From Eubacteriales bacterium (GTDB lineage: Bacteria > Bacillota > Clostridia > Lachnospirales > Lachnospiraceae): a DNA stretch of 64,000 bases. The stretch spans positions 20,406 to 84,405 of the forward strand of contig JAUNGJ010000002.1 in the NCBI GenBank assembly GCA_030524585.1, given 5' to 3'. The number at the start of each line of letters is the position of its first letter. Position 1 is the first letter of the stretch. The position numbers were made by a program, and so were the translations under genes. Positions 20,327-30,679 of the stretch are shown here, piece by piece. The notes under the pieces are model-generated. The model was not told the origin of the DNA. It worked only from the letters and a program-made list of their open reading frames with translations, and searched no databases.

Positions 20327-21106
20327 ATGGATGTGGAGCCGATTCTTAAAATTGAGTCTTTAAAAAAATATTATGGCAGATCAACAAATCAGACGAAAGC
20401 ACTGAATGGGATTACTTTTCAGGTGATGCCCGGTGAATTTTTGGGTATCATGGGCAGCAGCGGATCCGGAAAGTCAACGCTTTTGAACTGTATTGCAGCG
20501 GTAATTCAGTCTGATGGCGGAACTATTGTGATGAATGGCAGGCAGATACAGACACTCAAAGGAAGAAAGCTGGCCGATTACCGCGGAAAGGAGATCGGAT
20601 ATCTATTCCAGAATTTTGAATTGCTGGATAATCTAACCGGACGGGAAAATATTTTACTGCCGCTGGCGCTTCATAATGTGCCGGAGAAAGAAAGCAGACG
20701 GCGGTTAGAGCAGCTGACATCCTATCTGGAAATTATGGAGGTGCTGGAGAAATTTCCTGCTCAGATGTCCGGAGGCCAGAAGCAGAGGGTTGCTGCAGCC
20801 AGGGCGATGATCTTAAATCCGAAGATGATTCTCGCTGATGAACCCACAGGCGCACTGGACTCTAAGAATGCAAAGGCGCTGATGGAGAAGCTTGCCGGGT
20901 TAAATCAGGATACGGATGCTACAATCCTGATGGTGACCCACGATACCAATGCGGCGAGCTATTGTAAGAGAATTCTGTTTATTCAGGATGGTGTGATTTT
21001 TCATGAAATTCGCAGAGACGTCCCGCGGGAATCTCAGCAGGCATTTTATGAACGAATTCTGAAAGTCATGGCACAGCTGGGAGGAGGAAGCGCAAATGTT
21101 CTTTAA
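20327..21106 (+). CDS. ABC transporter ATP-binding protein, BceA/MacB-type
   Basis: Walker A GSSGSGKST, signature SGGQKQR, Walker B ILADEPTGALD. ATG 20327 lies 4 nt after the G-run of the SD AAGGAGG, so I prefer it to the track start at GTG 20282. Confidence 0.9.
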   Translation: MDVEPILKIESLKKYYGRSTNQTKALNGITFQVMPGEFLGIMGSSGSGKSTLLNCIAAVIQSDGGTIVMNGRQIQTLKGRKLADYRGKEIGYLFQNFELLDNLTGRENILLPLALHNVPEKESRRRLEQLTSYLEIMEVLEKFPAQMSGGQKQRVAAARAMILNPKMILADEPTGALDSKNAKALMEKLAGLNQDTDATILMVTHDTNAASYCKRILFIQDGVIFHEIRRDVPRESQQAFYERILKVMAQLGGGSANVL

Positions 21107-23153
21107 ATTGGTTGCCCGCAACAGCAAAAGGAGCAGAAAAGAAAATAGTCTGTTTTTCGCCTCACTGCTGATTTCGATTGTGGCTTTTTATGTTATTTTG
21201 TCATTGTCCCGTCAGGATGTTATGATTTTTCTGTCCAAGATGGAAAGTGATGCGGTAAACAGGCTGATGACGATGATTCCCGTGCTTTATGGGATTACCT
21301 TGTTTATCCTTTTCTTTCTCATTTACTATGCCAGCAAGTATCAGTTAGAGCGGCGCAGACATGAATTTGGAGTTTATTTGATGATGGGGATGCGCCGAAT
21401 TAGATTATTTGCCATGCTTTTATTGGAAGATATTCGCAGCAGTGTGATGGCGCTTTTGATTGGCCTGCCGGCGGCCATTCTGCTGTCGGAGTTAATCAGC
21501 CTGATCACAGCAAGGCTGGTGGGGCTTGGCATCATTCATCATCAGGTATCCTTTTCCCTATATGCAGTGGTGTGTACGGCGGCTGGATTTCTCCTGATCA
21601 AGCTGACGGCATTTTTGATCCTCAGCGGAAAGATTGCAGGACAGGAGATCGGAGCATTGCTTGTTGATACACCGGAAGGAGCGAAAAGACAGATGCCGGT
21701 ATGGGTCTATGCCGCGGCAATGATTACAGGAATCTGCTGTCTGATAGCTGCCTATTGCCTGGCAATCAGTGGCTTTTCCTGGTATAGGATGGGGCGTATG
21801 GGATTTACGATGGTTTTGGGAGCTGCCGGCACGCTGCTTTTATTTTATGGTCTTCGCTTCCTGATAGGATCGCTGGCAAAAGGGGGAAATAAGAGCGACA
21901 GGCTTCGGGTGTTTAACATCCGTCAGATTGAGGAAACCGTGATTCACCGCTCCGGCACGCTGGCTATCAGTTCACTTTTGATTCTGGCGGCTCTGTGCTG
22001 TTTTGGCGCAGGTGTGGCAATTGCAGAGTATTATTGGGGATCTGAGCCTCATGTTTTGGATTATACATTTGAAAGTAATGAGAGTGATGTCACAGCAATC
22101 CGAAAGACTCTGGCTGCGCACGATTTGGATTCGCAGTTCTCGGATCTGTTTGAAATGCAGGTGGGAAGCATCCATACAGCCAAGGAGCTGGAAAATGTGT
22201 TCCAGTTAGATTCGGTCATGTCTGCCCTGTCCGAAATGGAACCATCTGAGGATAGGGACATCCTTCTGAATAATCTTGGCTATGCAGATTATCCGCACCT
22301 GATTTCACTGAGCGGTTATAATCAGCTGCTGTCTGCTGCTGGTAATCCGGAGTTAACGTTGGGAAAAGACGAGATAGCCGTCTATATGGACAGCAAGTTT
22401 GTTACCAACAGGGGAAAACAGATGCTTGACCAGATTCTGGAGACGGAACCGAAAGTGTGGCTGGATGGAAACTCGTATTATCTGACAGGGAAAGTACAGA
22501 CGGCAGATCTGGTCACGGACTACTCCATTACACTGTCCTTTGCGCTGATCCTTCCGGATGAGGCGTTTGAATATTATACACAGGGCAAATACGGCAGTTA
22601 TCTCAATGGGATTCTGGATGCTTCTATAACCGAAAAGGTTAGCCTTATGACCGCAATTTCAGATATGAACGGGAAGCTGGATGAGACGGGATTGGCTTAT
22701 GAAAGCTACCTTCAGAATCTGGGACGCCAGCTGTTTTATGTTGTGGCAGCCAGTTATATTACGATTTATCTGGCGATTATTTTTCTGATTATTGCCAATA
22801 CCATGATCGGAGTACAGTTTCTTATGGGGCAGCAGAAATCGAATCGGAGATATATGACGCTGATCCGTCTTGGCGCGACCTATGAGCTCCTTTGCAGAGC
22901 AGCCCGGAAACAGATAAACTGGTATTTTGGGATTCCGATTGTGGTTGCGGTAATCAGCAGTCTGTTTGGAGTTCGGGCGCTGTTTGCCGGATTGCTGTCA
23001 TCGAGGATGCAGGAAAGTCTTCCTGAGATGATAATTGTTTCCGGAGTTATGATTTTCGTGTTGTGTGTGGTAGAATATTTTTATATCACTGCGGTAAAAC
23101 GTTCAAGCAGCCGCTATCTTCTGACGCTTATGGTGCCGGAGCGGGAAGAATAG
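21096..23153 (+). CDS. FtsX-family ABC permease, BceB-type (10 TM helices with a large extracellular loop)
   Basis: 685 aa. Two FtsX-type TM bundles separated by a soluble domain of about 200 aa. Overlaps the ATPase gene. Confidence 0.85.
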   Translation: MFFKLVARNSKRSRKENSLFFASLLISIVAFYVILSLSRQDVMIFLSKMESDAVNRLMTMIPVLYGITLFILFFLIYYASKYQLERRRHEFGVYLMMGMRRIRLFAMLLLEDIRSSVMALLIGLPAAILLSELISLITARLVGLGIIHHQVSFSLYAVVCTAAGFLLIKLTAFLILSGKIAGQEIGALLVDTPEGAKRQMPVWVYAAAMITGICCLIAAYCLAISGFSWYRMGRMGFTMVLGAAGTLLLFYGLRFLIGSLAKGGNKSDRLRVFNIRQIEETVIHRSGTLAISSLLILAALCCFGAGVAIAEYYWGSEPHVLDYTFESNESDVTAIRKTLAAHDLDSQFSDLFEMQVGSIHTAKELENVFQLDSVMSALSEMEPSEDRDILLNNLGYADYPHLISLSGYNQLLSAAGNPELTLGKDEIAVYMDSKFVTNRGKQMLDQILETEPKVWLDGNSYYLTGKVQTADLVTDYSITLSFALILPDEAFEYYTQGKYGSYLNGILDASITEKVSLMTAISDMNGKLDETGLAYESYLQNLGRQLFYVVAASYITIYLAIIFLIIANTMIGVQFLMGQQKSNRRYMTLIRLGATYELLCRAARKQINWYFGIPIVVAVISSLFGVRALFAGLLSSRMQESLPEMIIVSGVMIFVLCVVEYFYITAVKRSSSRYLLTLMVPEREE

Positions 23154-23187
23154 TGCCGACAGCGATGAATATAAGGAGGAGAACTTC

Positions 23188-23874
23188 TTGAAAAAAATTG
23201 CGATTGTAGAAGATGAAATTCTTATGAGGAAAGAGCTGGCTGATATGCTGTGTAAGGCGGGATACCGGATTGAGGAAATTCATGAGTTTGAGCATGTGAC
23301 CACACAGCTGTTAAAGTGTGCTCCTGATCTGGTTATTCTGGACATGAATCTGCCGGGAGTCAGCGGGTTTCAAATCTGTCGGGATTTGAAACAGAAAAGT
23401 GCCATACCGGTTCTCGTGCTCACGTCCCGGGATCAGCTTCAGGATGAATTACATGCGCTGAAGCTGGGGGCAGATGAATATCTGACCAAGCCCTGCAGGA
23501 AGGAACGGCTGCTGGCACGGGTGTCCAATGTGATGAAACGGTATGAGGGCCGGCCGAATCTATTGGAAGGGATGGATTTCCTTCTGGACCGGCAGACTCA
23601 TACACTGTATATTCACAATAAATCCGTTGTTCTTCCGGGAAATCAGGGGAAGCTTCTGGAGGTATTTCTGATGCATGGTGACCAAACCGTTTCGAAGGAG
23701 GAACTGTGTATGGCGCTGTGGGGAACGACGGAGTTTATTGACGAAAATGCACTTCAGGTTAATCTGACACGATTAAAAAAGACAATGACCGGTCTGAGAA
23801 TGAGTCAGCAGATCGTTCCCGTCCGCGGAATCGGATACCGGCTTACAGCAAAGGAGAATGTCAATGAAAATTAG
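23188..23874 (+). CDS. OmpR-family response regulator (BceR-like)
   Basis: Receiver domain (DLVILDMNLPG, phospho-acceptor Asp) plus a winged-helix C-terminus. TTG start after SD AAGGAGGA. Confidence 0.9.
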   Translation: MKKIAIVEDEILMRKELADMLCKAGYRIEEIHEFEHVTTQLLKCAPDLVILDMNLPGVSGFQICRDLKQKSAIPVLVLTSRDQLQDELHALKLGADEYLTKPCRKERLLARVSNVMKRYEGRPNLLEGMDFLLDRQTHTLYIHNKSVVLPGNQGKLLEVFLMHGDQTVSKEELCMALWGTTEFIDENALQVNLTRLKKTMTGLRMSQQIVPVRGIGYRLTAKENVNEN

Positions 23875-24865
23875 GGGTAAGAGGATCAGACAATATGCGG
23901 TCTGGCTCTGGCTTTTGCTGGGGGTGGACGCATTTGCAGCATTGCTGCTGTGGATTGCTGATGTGCAGGCGTTTCGTGCGATGGTGACTATGATATTGCT
24001 GGCCACTGTGTTTTTATTTTCTGCCGTATGTTTTGTGCTTGTTCAGCTGGAGGAGAAAAGAGAGCAGGCCTTTTGGGCTTTTTTGAGTAATCCGGATGAA
24101 TATCACGAAGAACTGCTGCTTGGAACAGTTCCTGCCGCTTGGGCAGAGGCCATACACCTGCTGGGGGAGACTTTGCGTGAACAGCAGTATGCCTATGAAC
24201 ATCTGCAGATGCGGCTGGTGGATTATGAAGAATATGTAGAGCTGTGGGCGCATGAGACAAAGACGCCGCTTTCGCTGCTGACGTTTTTGCTGGATAACCG
24301 CAGGGATGAACTGCCTGAAACCGTAGAGTTCAAGTTGGAGCATATTCGAAGCAAAATGCAGGAGTCCATAGAACAGATGCTGTTTTATGCACGGCTGAAA
24401 AGCGGCCGAAAGGATTATCTGTTTGAACAGATCAGTATCCGTTCGTGCGTAGAGGACGTACTGGGAGATTACAGACCATTATTGGAAGAAAAGCAATTTA
24501 AGATCCAGCTTCATCTTCCGGAGGGGGAGGTTTATTCGGACAGGAGAGGGCTGCGTTTCCTTTTGGGACAGGTGATTAGCAACGCGATTAAATACAGCGG
24601 TAAAGAACCAGAACTGTGCTTTGAATTTTTTCAGAAAGGGCAGGTCTGGGTGCTGAGTATCAGGGATAATGGTATGGGCGTTCGAGACTGCGACCTGCCC
24701 TATATTTTTGAAAAGGGATTTACGGGCGATTCTGGTAAGGTAAGGAAAAAGGCAACCGGGATGGGGCTATATCTGGCCAAAGGCATTGCAGAGGATATGA
24801 ACCTTTTCCTGGAAGCAGAATCAGAGTGGGGAAAAGGATTTAAGATGCGGATATCATTTCGGTAA
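23858..24865 (+). CDS. Intramembrane-sensing histidine kinase (BceS-like)
   Basis: Two N-terminal TM helices with almost no external loop. H-box HETKTPLS. N and G boxes NAIKYS and DNGMG. Overlaps the regulator gene. Confidence 0.85.
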   Translation: MSMKIRGKRIRQYAVWLWLLLGVDAFAALLLWIADVQAFRAMVTMILLATVFLFSAVCFVLVQLEEKREQAFWAFLSNPDEYHEELLLGTVPAAWAEAIHLLGETLREQQYAYEHLQMRLVDYEEYVELWAHETKTPLSLLTFLLDNRRDELPETVEFKLEHIRSKMQESIEQMLFYARLKSGRKDYLFEQISIRSCVEDVLGDYRPLLEEKQFKIQLHLPEGEVYSDRRGLRFLLGQVISNAIKYSGKEPELCFEFFQKGQVWVLSIRDNGMGVRDCDLPYIFEKGFTGDSGKVRKKATGMGLYLAKGIAEDMNLFLEAESEWGKGFKMRISFR

Positions 24866-26206
24866 ACAGAGTCTTGCCGTAAACTGCGGGGCACTCATCT
24901 CTACATCCAGCGTCCCGTCCATGAGTTCCATCATTTTGCGGACACTTTTCAATCCGATCTGGGTACTGCAGGCGTCAGAGTGTTCTGGTTTTACAGTGTT
25001 TTTTAGAACGATTACAATCTTATCCTCTACAGAGCCGGTAATGATGACCGGTTCTTTTTTGTCTCCGTATTTGATAATGTTGGAGAACAGGTTGCTGAAG
25101 ATTCGCTTCAGCATGGCAGTGTCCCCTAAAAAGGAGACCGTTTCTGTCTGGGGAAGGGACAGCTCCGTGTGGAATCCGATCAGGCGAAGAAAGTCTGCGT
25201 TTTCTTCGAGATGCTGATACAGAACCTCTGTGGAAAGGGGCGACAGATTGGGCGTCTCGGCATCCTCATAGACCAGTGCGTATTCAAAAATCCGGTCCGT
25301 CATTTCTTTGATTTCATCGGTTTTGCGAAGGCATTGCTCCAGATATTTTCCCTGCATATCCGGTTTGGGATTTAGCTTTAATATTTCCAGATACCCTTTG
25401 AGAATAGTCAGTGGCGTACGCAGGTCATGGGACAGGGCGGCAATCAGATCCTGATTGGCCCGGTGGCTTTCCTGTTCCTGTGTGATTGTTTCCTGCAGGG
25501 CAAGGCGAAGGCCGTCGAGCTCATGGGAAAGAATACCGATTTCATCCTGTCCCAGAGCTGGGAACGGAGTTGTAAGGTCGCCGGTAGACATTTGAAGAAT
25601 CTGCTGCTTTAAAAGGACGACTGACTTCATTTTCCTGCTGATAAAAAACAGAATGACTGCAAAGAACAGGACAATGCTGGTTCCAAGGCAGAAGGCAAAA
25701 TAGGGCATTACAAAACGGGTACGGTGATAGAAAACAAAACTAACCTGAGCGTAGCCATTCTGGAATTCAACCGGGAAATCATAGCTTATCTCTCCGCTGC
25801 CATTGGTCCATTGGTAGAAATGATCGAAGGTAAAACGGAAATTGTCAGAATCCATGATTCGGGGGAACTGCCCGGCGCGATAGGCGCCATCCTCCAGGCC
25901 GTAAATATAGATGCCGGTATAGTCATCTGCCAGCTCAAAGAAAGGCTGAATCGCTTCCACCGCTTCCGTGTCGTCCTCTGATTCGGGGATATTATATTTC
26001 AGCGCTTCCTGACGGATTGTGAGCCAGAAATCGTCGTCTAAGTCAGGAAAAATATTCAGAGATATCACGGAATTATGCGCCAGAGCCTCCCACACGTTCC
26101 ATTTGTGCAGCCAAAGAAACTGGTGCAGCAGAAAACAGACGACGCCTGTAATCAGAATTAACAGACTAAGCTGGGTACGTATGCGGAAATTCTTAAATCT
26201 AGTCAC
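24854..26206 (-). CDS. Sensor histidine kinase with an extracytoplasmic sensor domain
   Basis: Two TM helices flank a loop of about 140 aa. HAMP domain. H-box LSHDLRTPLT. HATPase motifs. Confidence 0.9.
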   Translation of the reverse strand: MTRFKNFRIRTQLSLLILITGVVCFLLHQFLWLHKWNVWEALAHNSVISLNIFPDLDDDFWLTIRQEALKYNIPESEDDTEAVEAIQPFFELADDYTGIYIYGLEDGAYRAGQFPRIMDSDNFRFTFDHFYQWTNGSGEISYDFPVEFQNGYAQVSFVFYHRTRFVMPYFAFCLGTSIVLFFAVILFFISRKMKSVVLLKQQILQMSTGDLTTPFPALGQDEIGILSHELDGLRLALQETITQEQESHRANQDLIAALSHDLRTPLTILKGYLEILKLNPKPDMQGKYLEQCLRKTDEIKEMTDRIFEYALVYEDAETPNLSPLSTEVLYQHLEENADFLRLIGFHTELSLPQTETVSFLGDTAMLKRIFSNLFSNIIKYGDKKEPVIITGSVEDKIVIVLKNTVKPEHSDACSTQIGLKSVRKMMELMDGTLDVEMSAPQFTARLCLPK

Positions 26207-26921
26207 ATCGATACCCCCTTCCCCAAATAGTTTTGATCAAAACCGGATTTTTCGGATCTTTTTCAATTTTGCTCCGCAGATTGCGGATGTGTACCATAAC
26301 CGTATTATTTGCTCCGTAATAATAAGGTTCCTCCCAGATGCTCTCGTATAAGCGCTCTGCGGAAAAAACCTGATGCCGGTTTGTAACCAGCAGCTTTAAC
26401 ATGGCATACTCGGTAGCGGTAAGCTCCAGGACTTCTCCGTTCCGGTAAACATGTCCGGCTTCCGTATTGATTTCCAATCCATGAAAATGGAGAACCGGTG
26501 CAGCTGCAGCCTGTCCGGGAATATCACTTCCCTGATATATATGGTATCGGCGAATCAGTGCCTTGGCGCGGAGCGTCAGCTCGGAGTAGGAAAAGGGCTT
26601 GGACAGATAGTCGTCCCCGCCGCTTGAGAATCCAAGCATTTTGTCACTGTCTTTGGTACATGCGCTTAAAAAGAGGATCGGGGCATTGGTGAGCCGGCGG
26701 ATTTCCAGACAGGTCTGGTAACCATTTAGTCCCGGCATCATAATATCCAGAATAATCAGGTCAAAGGAGCGTTTGCTCAGCTGAATTAGAGCAGACGCTC
26801 CGTCTTCGGCCTCTGTCACCTGATAACCTTCATTACTTAATAGAATCTGTATAATCTCACGGATTTCCGGATTGTCGTCTACAATGAGTACATGGAATAT
26901 ATTCGAGTTGAGCGTTTCCAT
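26199..26921 (-). CDS. OmpR-family response regulator
   Basis: Receiver domain (DLIILDIMMPG) plus a winged helix (IKTIWGRGYR). Overlaps the kinase gene. Confidence 0.9.
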   Translation of the reverse strand: METLNSNIFHVLIVDDNPEIREIIQILLSNEGYQVTEAEDGASALIQLSKRSFDLIILDIMMPGLNGYQTCLEIRRLTNAPILFLSACTKDSDKMLGFSSGGDDYLSKPFSYSELTLRAKALIRRYHIYQGSDIPGQAAAAPVLHFHGLEINTEAGHVYRNGEVLELTATEYAMLKLLVTNRHQVFSAERLYESIWEEPYYYGANNTVMVHIRNLRSKIEKDPKNPVLIKTIWGRGYRCD

Positions 26922-27010
26922 TGTATAAGTCCTTTCTTTGGTGTCTGTTTCTGTGCTCTATTATACCGAAATTCGATTCAGAATGTACTTAATCTTAAGA
27001 AATCTTTAGA

Positions 27011-27029
27011 AATACTTTTGGCAATACTT
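27011..27029 (+). promoter_or_regulatory. Direct repeat AATACTT-N5-AATACTT; candidate OmpR-type regulator binding site
   Basis: Perfect 7-mers at 27011-27017 and 27023-27029, 12 bp apart, in the divergent intergenic region. A third TACTT occurs at 26986. Confidence 0.35.
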
Positions 27030-27071
27030 AAGATATAGGGCGTAGTATGTCCGTTACAGGAGGTGTAGCAA

Positions 27072-28043
27072 ATGGATAAAATATCAGTGGTTGTTCCGTG
27101 CTGGAATGAGGAAGAAGCGCTGCCTATTTATTATAGAGAGATGCGGCGTGTAATGGACAGGATGAGGAATAGTGAAAAAGGAGATGCGCCGGAAATGGAA
27201 CTGATTTTTGTAGATGATGGTTCAGAAGACGGGACGCTTGCCATTATGAAGGAACTTCACCGGGCAGATTTGCGCTGCAGGTATTTATCCTTTTCCAGAA
27301 ACTTTGGAAAAGAGGCGGCAATTTATGCCGGACTTAAAAATGCTTCAGGCAATTATGTGGCGGTTATGGATGTGGATCTGCAGGATCCGCCGTCTCTTCT
27401 GCCGGAGATGTTTTCTATACTGAAGAGGGAGGATTACGACAGTGTTGCGACCAGACGCTCCACTCGGACGGGGGAATCCAGATTTCGGTCATTTCTGTCG
27501 GAAAGTTTTTATAAAGTTATCAATCGGATTTCCAGGACAGAGATTGTAAATGGGGCGAGAGATTACCGTCTGATGAACCGGAAAATGGTAGATGCGGTAC
27601 TCCGAATGAGTGAATACAACCGTTTTTCAAAGGGAATCTTCGGATGGGTCGGATTTCGCACCAAGTGGCTGGAATTTGAGAACATAGAGCGTTCTGCAGG
27701 AGAGACCAAATGGTCTCTTGGAAAACTGTTTCGCTATTCGATGGAGGGGATTACCGGATTTTCGGTAGCGCCGCTGTCTTTAGCATCAATCGTGGGGGTA
27801 CTGTTCTGCGGTCTTTCTTTTCTGCTGGTTTTACTGATCGTGGTGAAAACGCTGGTGTGGGGAGATCCGGTATCAGGATGGCCGTCATTAGCCTGCATTA
27901 TTTTTCTGGTCAGCGGGGTGCAGCTTCTGTGTACGGGAATCGTGGGACAGTACCTGTCCAAGACTTATCTGGAGACAAAGCACCGCCCTATCTTTATTCT
28001 GAAGGACTCCAGTGAAGAGGGTGAGCAGAATGAAGGCGCGTAG
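27072..28043 (+). CDS. GT2 polyprenol-phosphate glycosyltransferase (CsbB/GtrB-like)
   Basis: Motifs VVVPCWNEEE, FVDDGSEDGT and DVDLQDPP. Two C-terminal TM helices. Confidence 0.85.
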   Translation: MDKISVVVPCWNEEEALPIYYREMRRVMDRMRNSEKGDAPEMELIFVDDGSEDGTLAIMKELHRADLRCRYLSFSRNFGKEAAIYAGLKNASGNYVAVMDVDLQDPPSLLPEMFSILKREDYDSVATRRSTRTGESRFRSFLSESFYKVINRISRTEIVNGARDYRLMNRKMVDAVLRMSEYNRFSKGIFGWVGFRTKWLEFENIERSAGETKWSLGKLFRYSMEGITGFSVAPLSLASIVGVLFCGLSFLLVLLIVVKTLVWGDPVSGWPSLACIIFLVSGVQLLCTGIVGQYLSKTYLETKHRPIFILKDSSEEGEQNEGA

Positions 28044-30573
28044 AGCAGGAAGATGGAACGGAATTCCATATGTGCTTCTGGCGGTGCTGACACTACTGGT
28101 GTGCTGGCTTTTTGTGTGGCGGTACGGCGTGTTTGGCGCCAAGGTGGATTGGATTAGCCAGCACAGTGTATTTCCGGATTATTTTCGGCAGCAGTTTTAC
28201 GAGACCGGAGAACTGTTTCCGGAATTTGCCGGTAATATTGGCGGGGGTCAGAATATTTATAATTTTGCCTATTATGGGCTGTATAATCCTGTGATTCTGA
28301 TTTCCTATCTGCTGCCCTTTGTGAAGATGGGAGATTATCTGATGGCAGCTGGCGTGGCGGAGATTATCATATCTCTGTGGCTGATATATTACTGGCTTAT
28401 AAAGAGAAATTTTTCCAAAGAAATCAGTCTGTCGATGGCAGTGCTGTTTCTGCTTGCGGGCCCTGTGATTTATCAATCCTATCACCAGGTAATGTTTATC
28501 AATTACATGCCGTTTCTGTGTATGGCCTTTCTGGGCGTGGACCGGTATTTTGAAAAGGGTAGGCGGGGCCTGTATACGGTCAGTGTGTTTCTGATGATTC
28601 TGTCCAGCTTTTATTTTAGCATTGGAGGAATGCTGGCGCTGGTGCTATACGGGATTAGCCGGTATCTGGAATTGAGAGAGAGCCAAAAACAGAGTCCGGG
28701 AAGTGCTGTCTGGCATTTTCTGAAGGATGGTATGAGCTTTCTGATTCCCATGCTGACGGCAGTTCTGATGAGCGGCGTGCTTCTTGTGCCCACGGCATTT
28801 GCGATTCTGGGAGGGCGGGAAGGCTCTGGGATGACCGACATTGGATCGCTGTTTATACCGGACGTTCAGATTTTACAGTTGGCTTACAGCAGCTATGGGA
28901 TTGGTCTAACAACACTGATCTTTACCGTTTTGATTACGGGGTTCACATATCGGAAATGGAGCGAGAGGGTGCTGACCTATGGCTGTGTGCTGTTGTTTGT
29001 GCTCCCGGTGTTTTCGTGGCTTCTAAACGGGGGTCTGTATGTGCGGAGTAAAGCGCTGATTCCATTTCTTCCGCTTCTGTGTTACATGATGGCGGCTTAT
29101 CTGGAAAAGCAGAGGAATCGGGAAATCTCTTTTCGGATCAACGTAACGGCATATAGTCTGACGCTGCTGCTGTGTTATGAACACTACCGGGGGCAGGAGC
29201 TGGCAGGTGAGCCGTTGAAATGGTACCTGATTCTGGCGGACGGAATCCTGATGCTGGTTAGTTTTTTGATTTTCTGGCGATGGAGAAGGGTATGCATACT
29301 GATCATACCGTCTGTAGCCTGTCTGTTCCTGTATGGCAGTATCGTTCATAGAGCATATGGAGAGGTGATGGATTATGAGACCTATCGTCAGATTACAGAT
29401 GAAGAGACTGGGAAAAGGATTGCGGAGATTCTGGACGGGGAAGCAGGCTTTTACCGGGTGGAACAGATCGGATCTGAAGAGGAAAAGGCGGCAAATCTGA
29501 ACCGGATTTGGGATGTCAGACAGTGGATATCGTCCGTATATTCCTCTGCATATCATGTAGATTATCAAGAGCTTCGAAAGGATGTCTTTGGAGTAGAGGA
29601 ACCCTTTCGCAATGATCTGATGCAGGCGGCTTCCGAAAATCCACTGTTTCAGAAGCTGATGGGTGTGAAATATGTCGTGGAGGGGCAGAGGGTATACGAA
29701 AATGAGTATGCTGCGCCCATTGCCTATGCTACGGATAAGGTGATTCCGCAGAAGGATTACGATCAGCTTAGCTTTCCCTATAACCAGACCGCGCTTATGC
29801 AGTATGCGGTTGTACGAAACAGCCGCGGCCAGACAAAACAGTGGGAAGAGGGGGCTGAGATAAGAACGGAACACCTGATGGATGAATGCCATATTCAGGA
29901 GAAGAAAAAGACAGGCGTCAAGTATCCTGTATCGGGAAAGGAGAAGGAAAGAATTCTGTATATGCAGTTTCGGGTAAAGAATAACCGGCCTGGTCAGGAT
30001 GTGGCGGTATGGGTAAATGGAATCCGCAATAAGCTTAGCGCCAGAGGGCATATCTATTACAATGGAAATACCGTTTTTACTTACGTGACAAGGCTGAAAG
30101 AAGGGCAGTCGGATGTGGAGATCGTGTATGGAAACGGAGATTATGAGATCTCAGATATAGAATGTTATCTGAGTGACAGCAGTGTGCTGGAAGATGCAGA
30201 TGTCTTGAAATCTGGGGAAGGAAACTGGGAAAAGCTGTATCAGTCTGAATTTCAGGTAAATCGGGAACAGACGAAGGGAAATCGGATTCAGGGAGATATT
30301 CAGGTTAAGAATACGGGATATTTTATCACGTCGATACCTTATGATACTGGTTTTGAGATTCTCGTGGACGGAAAAAGGACGGCCGGTGAGAAGGTGAACA
30401 CAGCGTTTCTTGGATTTTCGATTGCCGAGGGAAAGCATCAGATTGAAATCATCTACCATGCGCCGGGTGTAAGGCTGGGATGGACCATGACGGGCCTGGG
30501 CATTCTTCTGCTGGCGATTACCTTGATTTATCAGTGCAATTTAGAAAAAAAGCAAAAATTAAATAATAGTTAA
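28030..30573 (+). CDS. YfhO-family membrane glycosyltransferase
   Basis: About 850 aa and polytopic. N-terminal region DWISQHSVFPDYFRQQFYETGELFPEF...YYGLYNP. Paired with the GT2 gene as in csbB-yfhO. The track start at GTG 28012 is also possible. Confidence 0.75.
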   Translation: MKARRAGRWNGIPYVLLAVLTLLVCWLFVWRYGVFGAKVDWISQHSVFPDYFRQQFYETGELFPEFAGNIGGGQNIYNFAYYGLYNPVILISYLLPFVKMGDYLMAAGVAEIIISLWLIYYWLIKRNFSKEISLSMAVLFLLAGPVIYQSYHQVMFINYMPFLCMAFLGVDRYFEKGRRGLYTVSVFLMILSSFYFSIGGMLALVLYGISRYLELRESQKQSPGSAVWHFLKDGMSFLIPMLTAVLMSGVLLVPTAFAILGGREGSGMTDIGSLFIPDVQILQLAYSSYGIGLTTLIFTVLITGFTYRKWSERVLTYGCVLLFVLPVFSWLLNGGLYVRSKALIPFLPLLCYMMAAYLEKQRNREISFRINVTAYSLTLLLCYEHYRGQELAGEPLKWYLILADGILMLVSFLIFWRWRRVCILIIPSVACLFLYGSIVHRAYGEVMDYETYRQITDEETGKRIAEILDGEAGFYRVEQIGSEEEKAANLNRIWDVRQWISSVYSSAYHVDYQELRKDVFGVEEPFRNDLMQAASENPLFQKLMGVKYVVEGQRVYENEYAAPIAYATDKVIPQKDYDQLSFPYNQTALMQYAVVRNSRGQTKQWEEGAEIRTEHLMDECHIQEKKKTGVKYPVSGKEKERILYMQFRVKNNRPGQDVAVWVNGIRNKLSARGHIYYNGNTVFTYVTRLKEGQSDVEIVYGNGDYEISDIECYLSDSSVLEDADVLKSGEGNWEKLYQSEFQVNREQTKGNRIQGDIQVKNTGYFITSIPYDTGFEILVDGKRTAGEKVNTAFLGFSIAEGKHQIEIIYHAPGVRLGWTMTGLGILLLAITLIYQCNLEKKQKLNNS

Positions 30574-30679
30574 TTTTTTTGATTAACACTTAACGTCTCC
30601 TCAATTGTGAATACCGGCTTTATCTGTTATGCTTAAACCAGCAGAGGCCGATGCAAACAACAGACAGGAGGCGTTTTTT

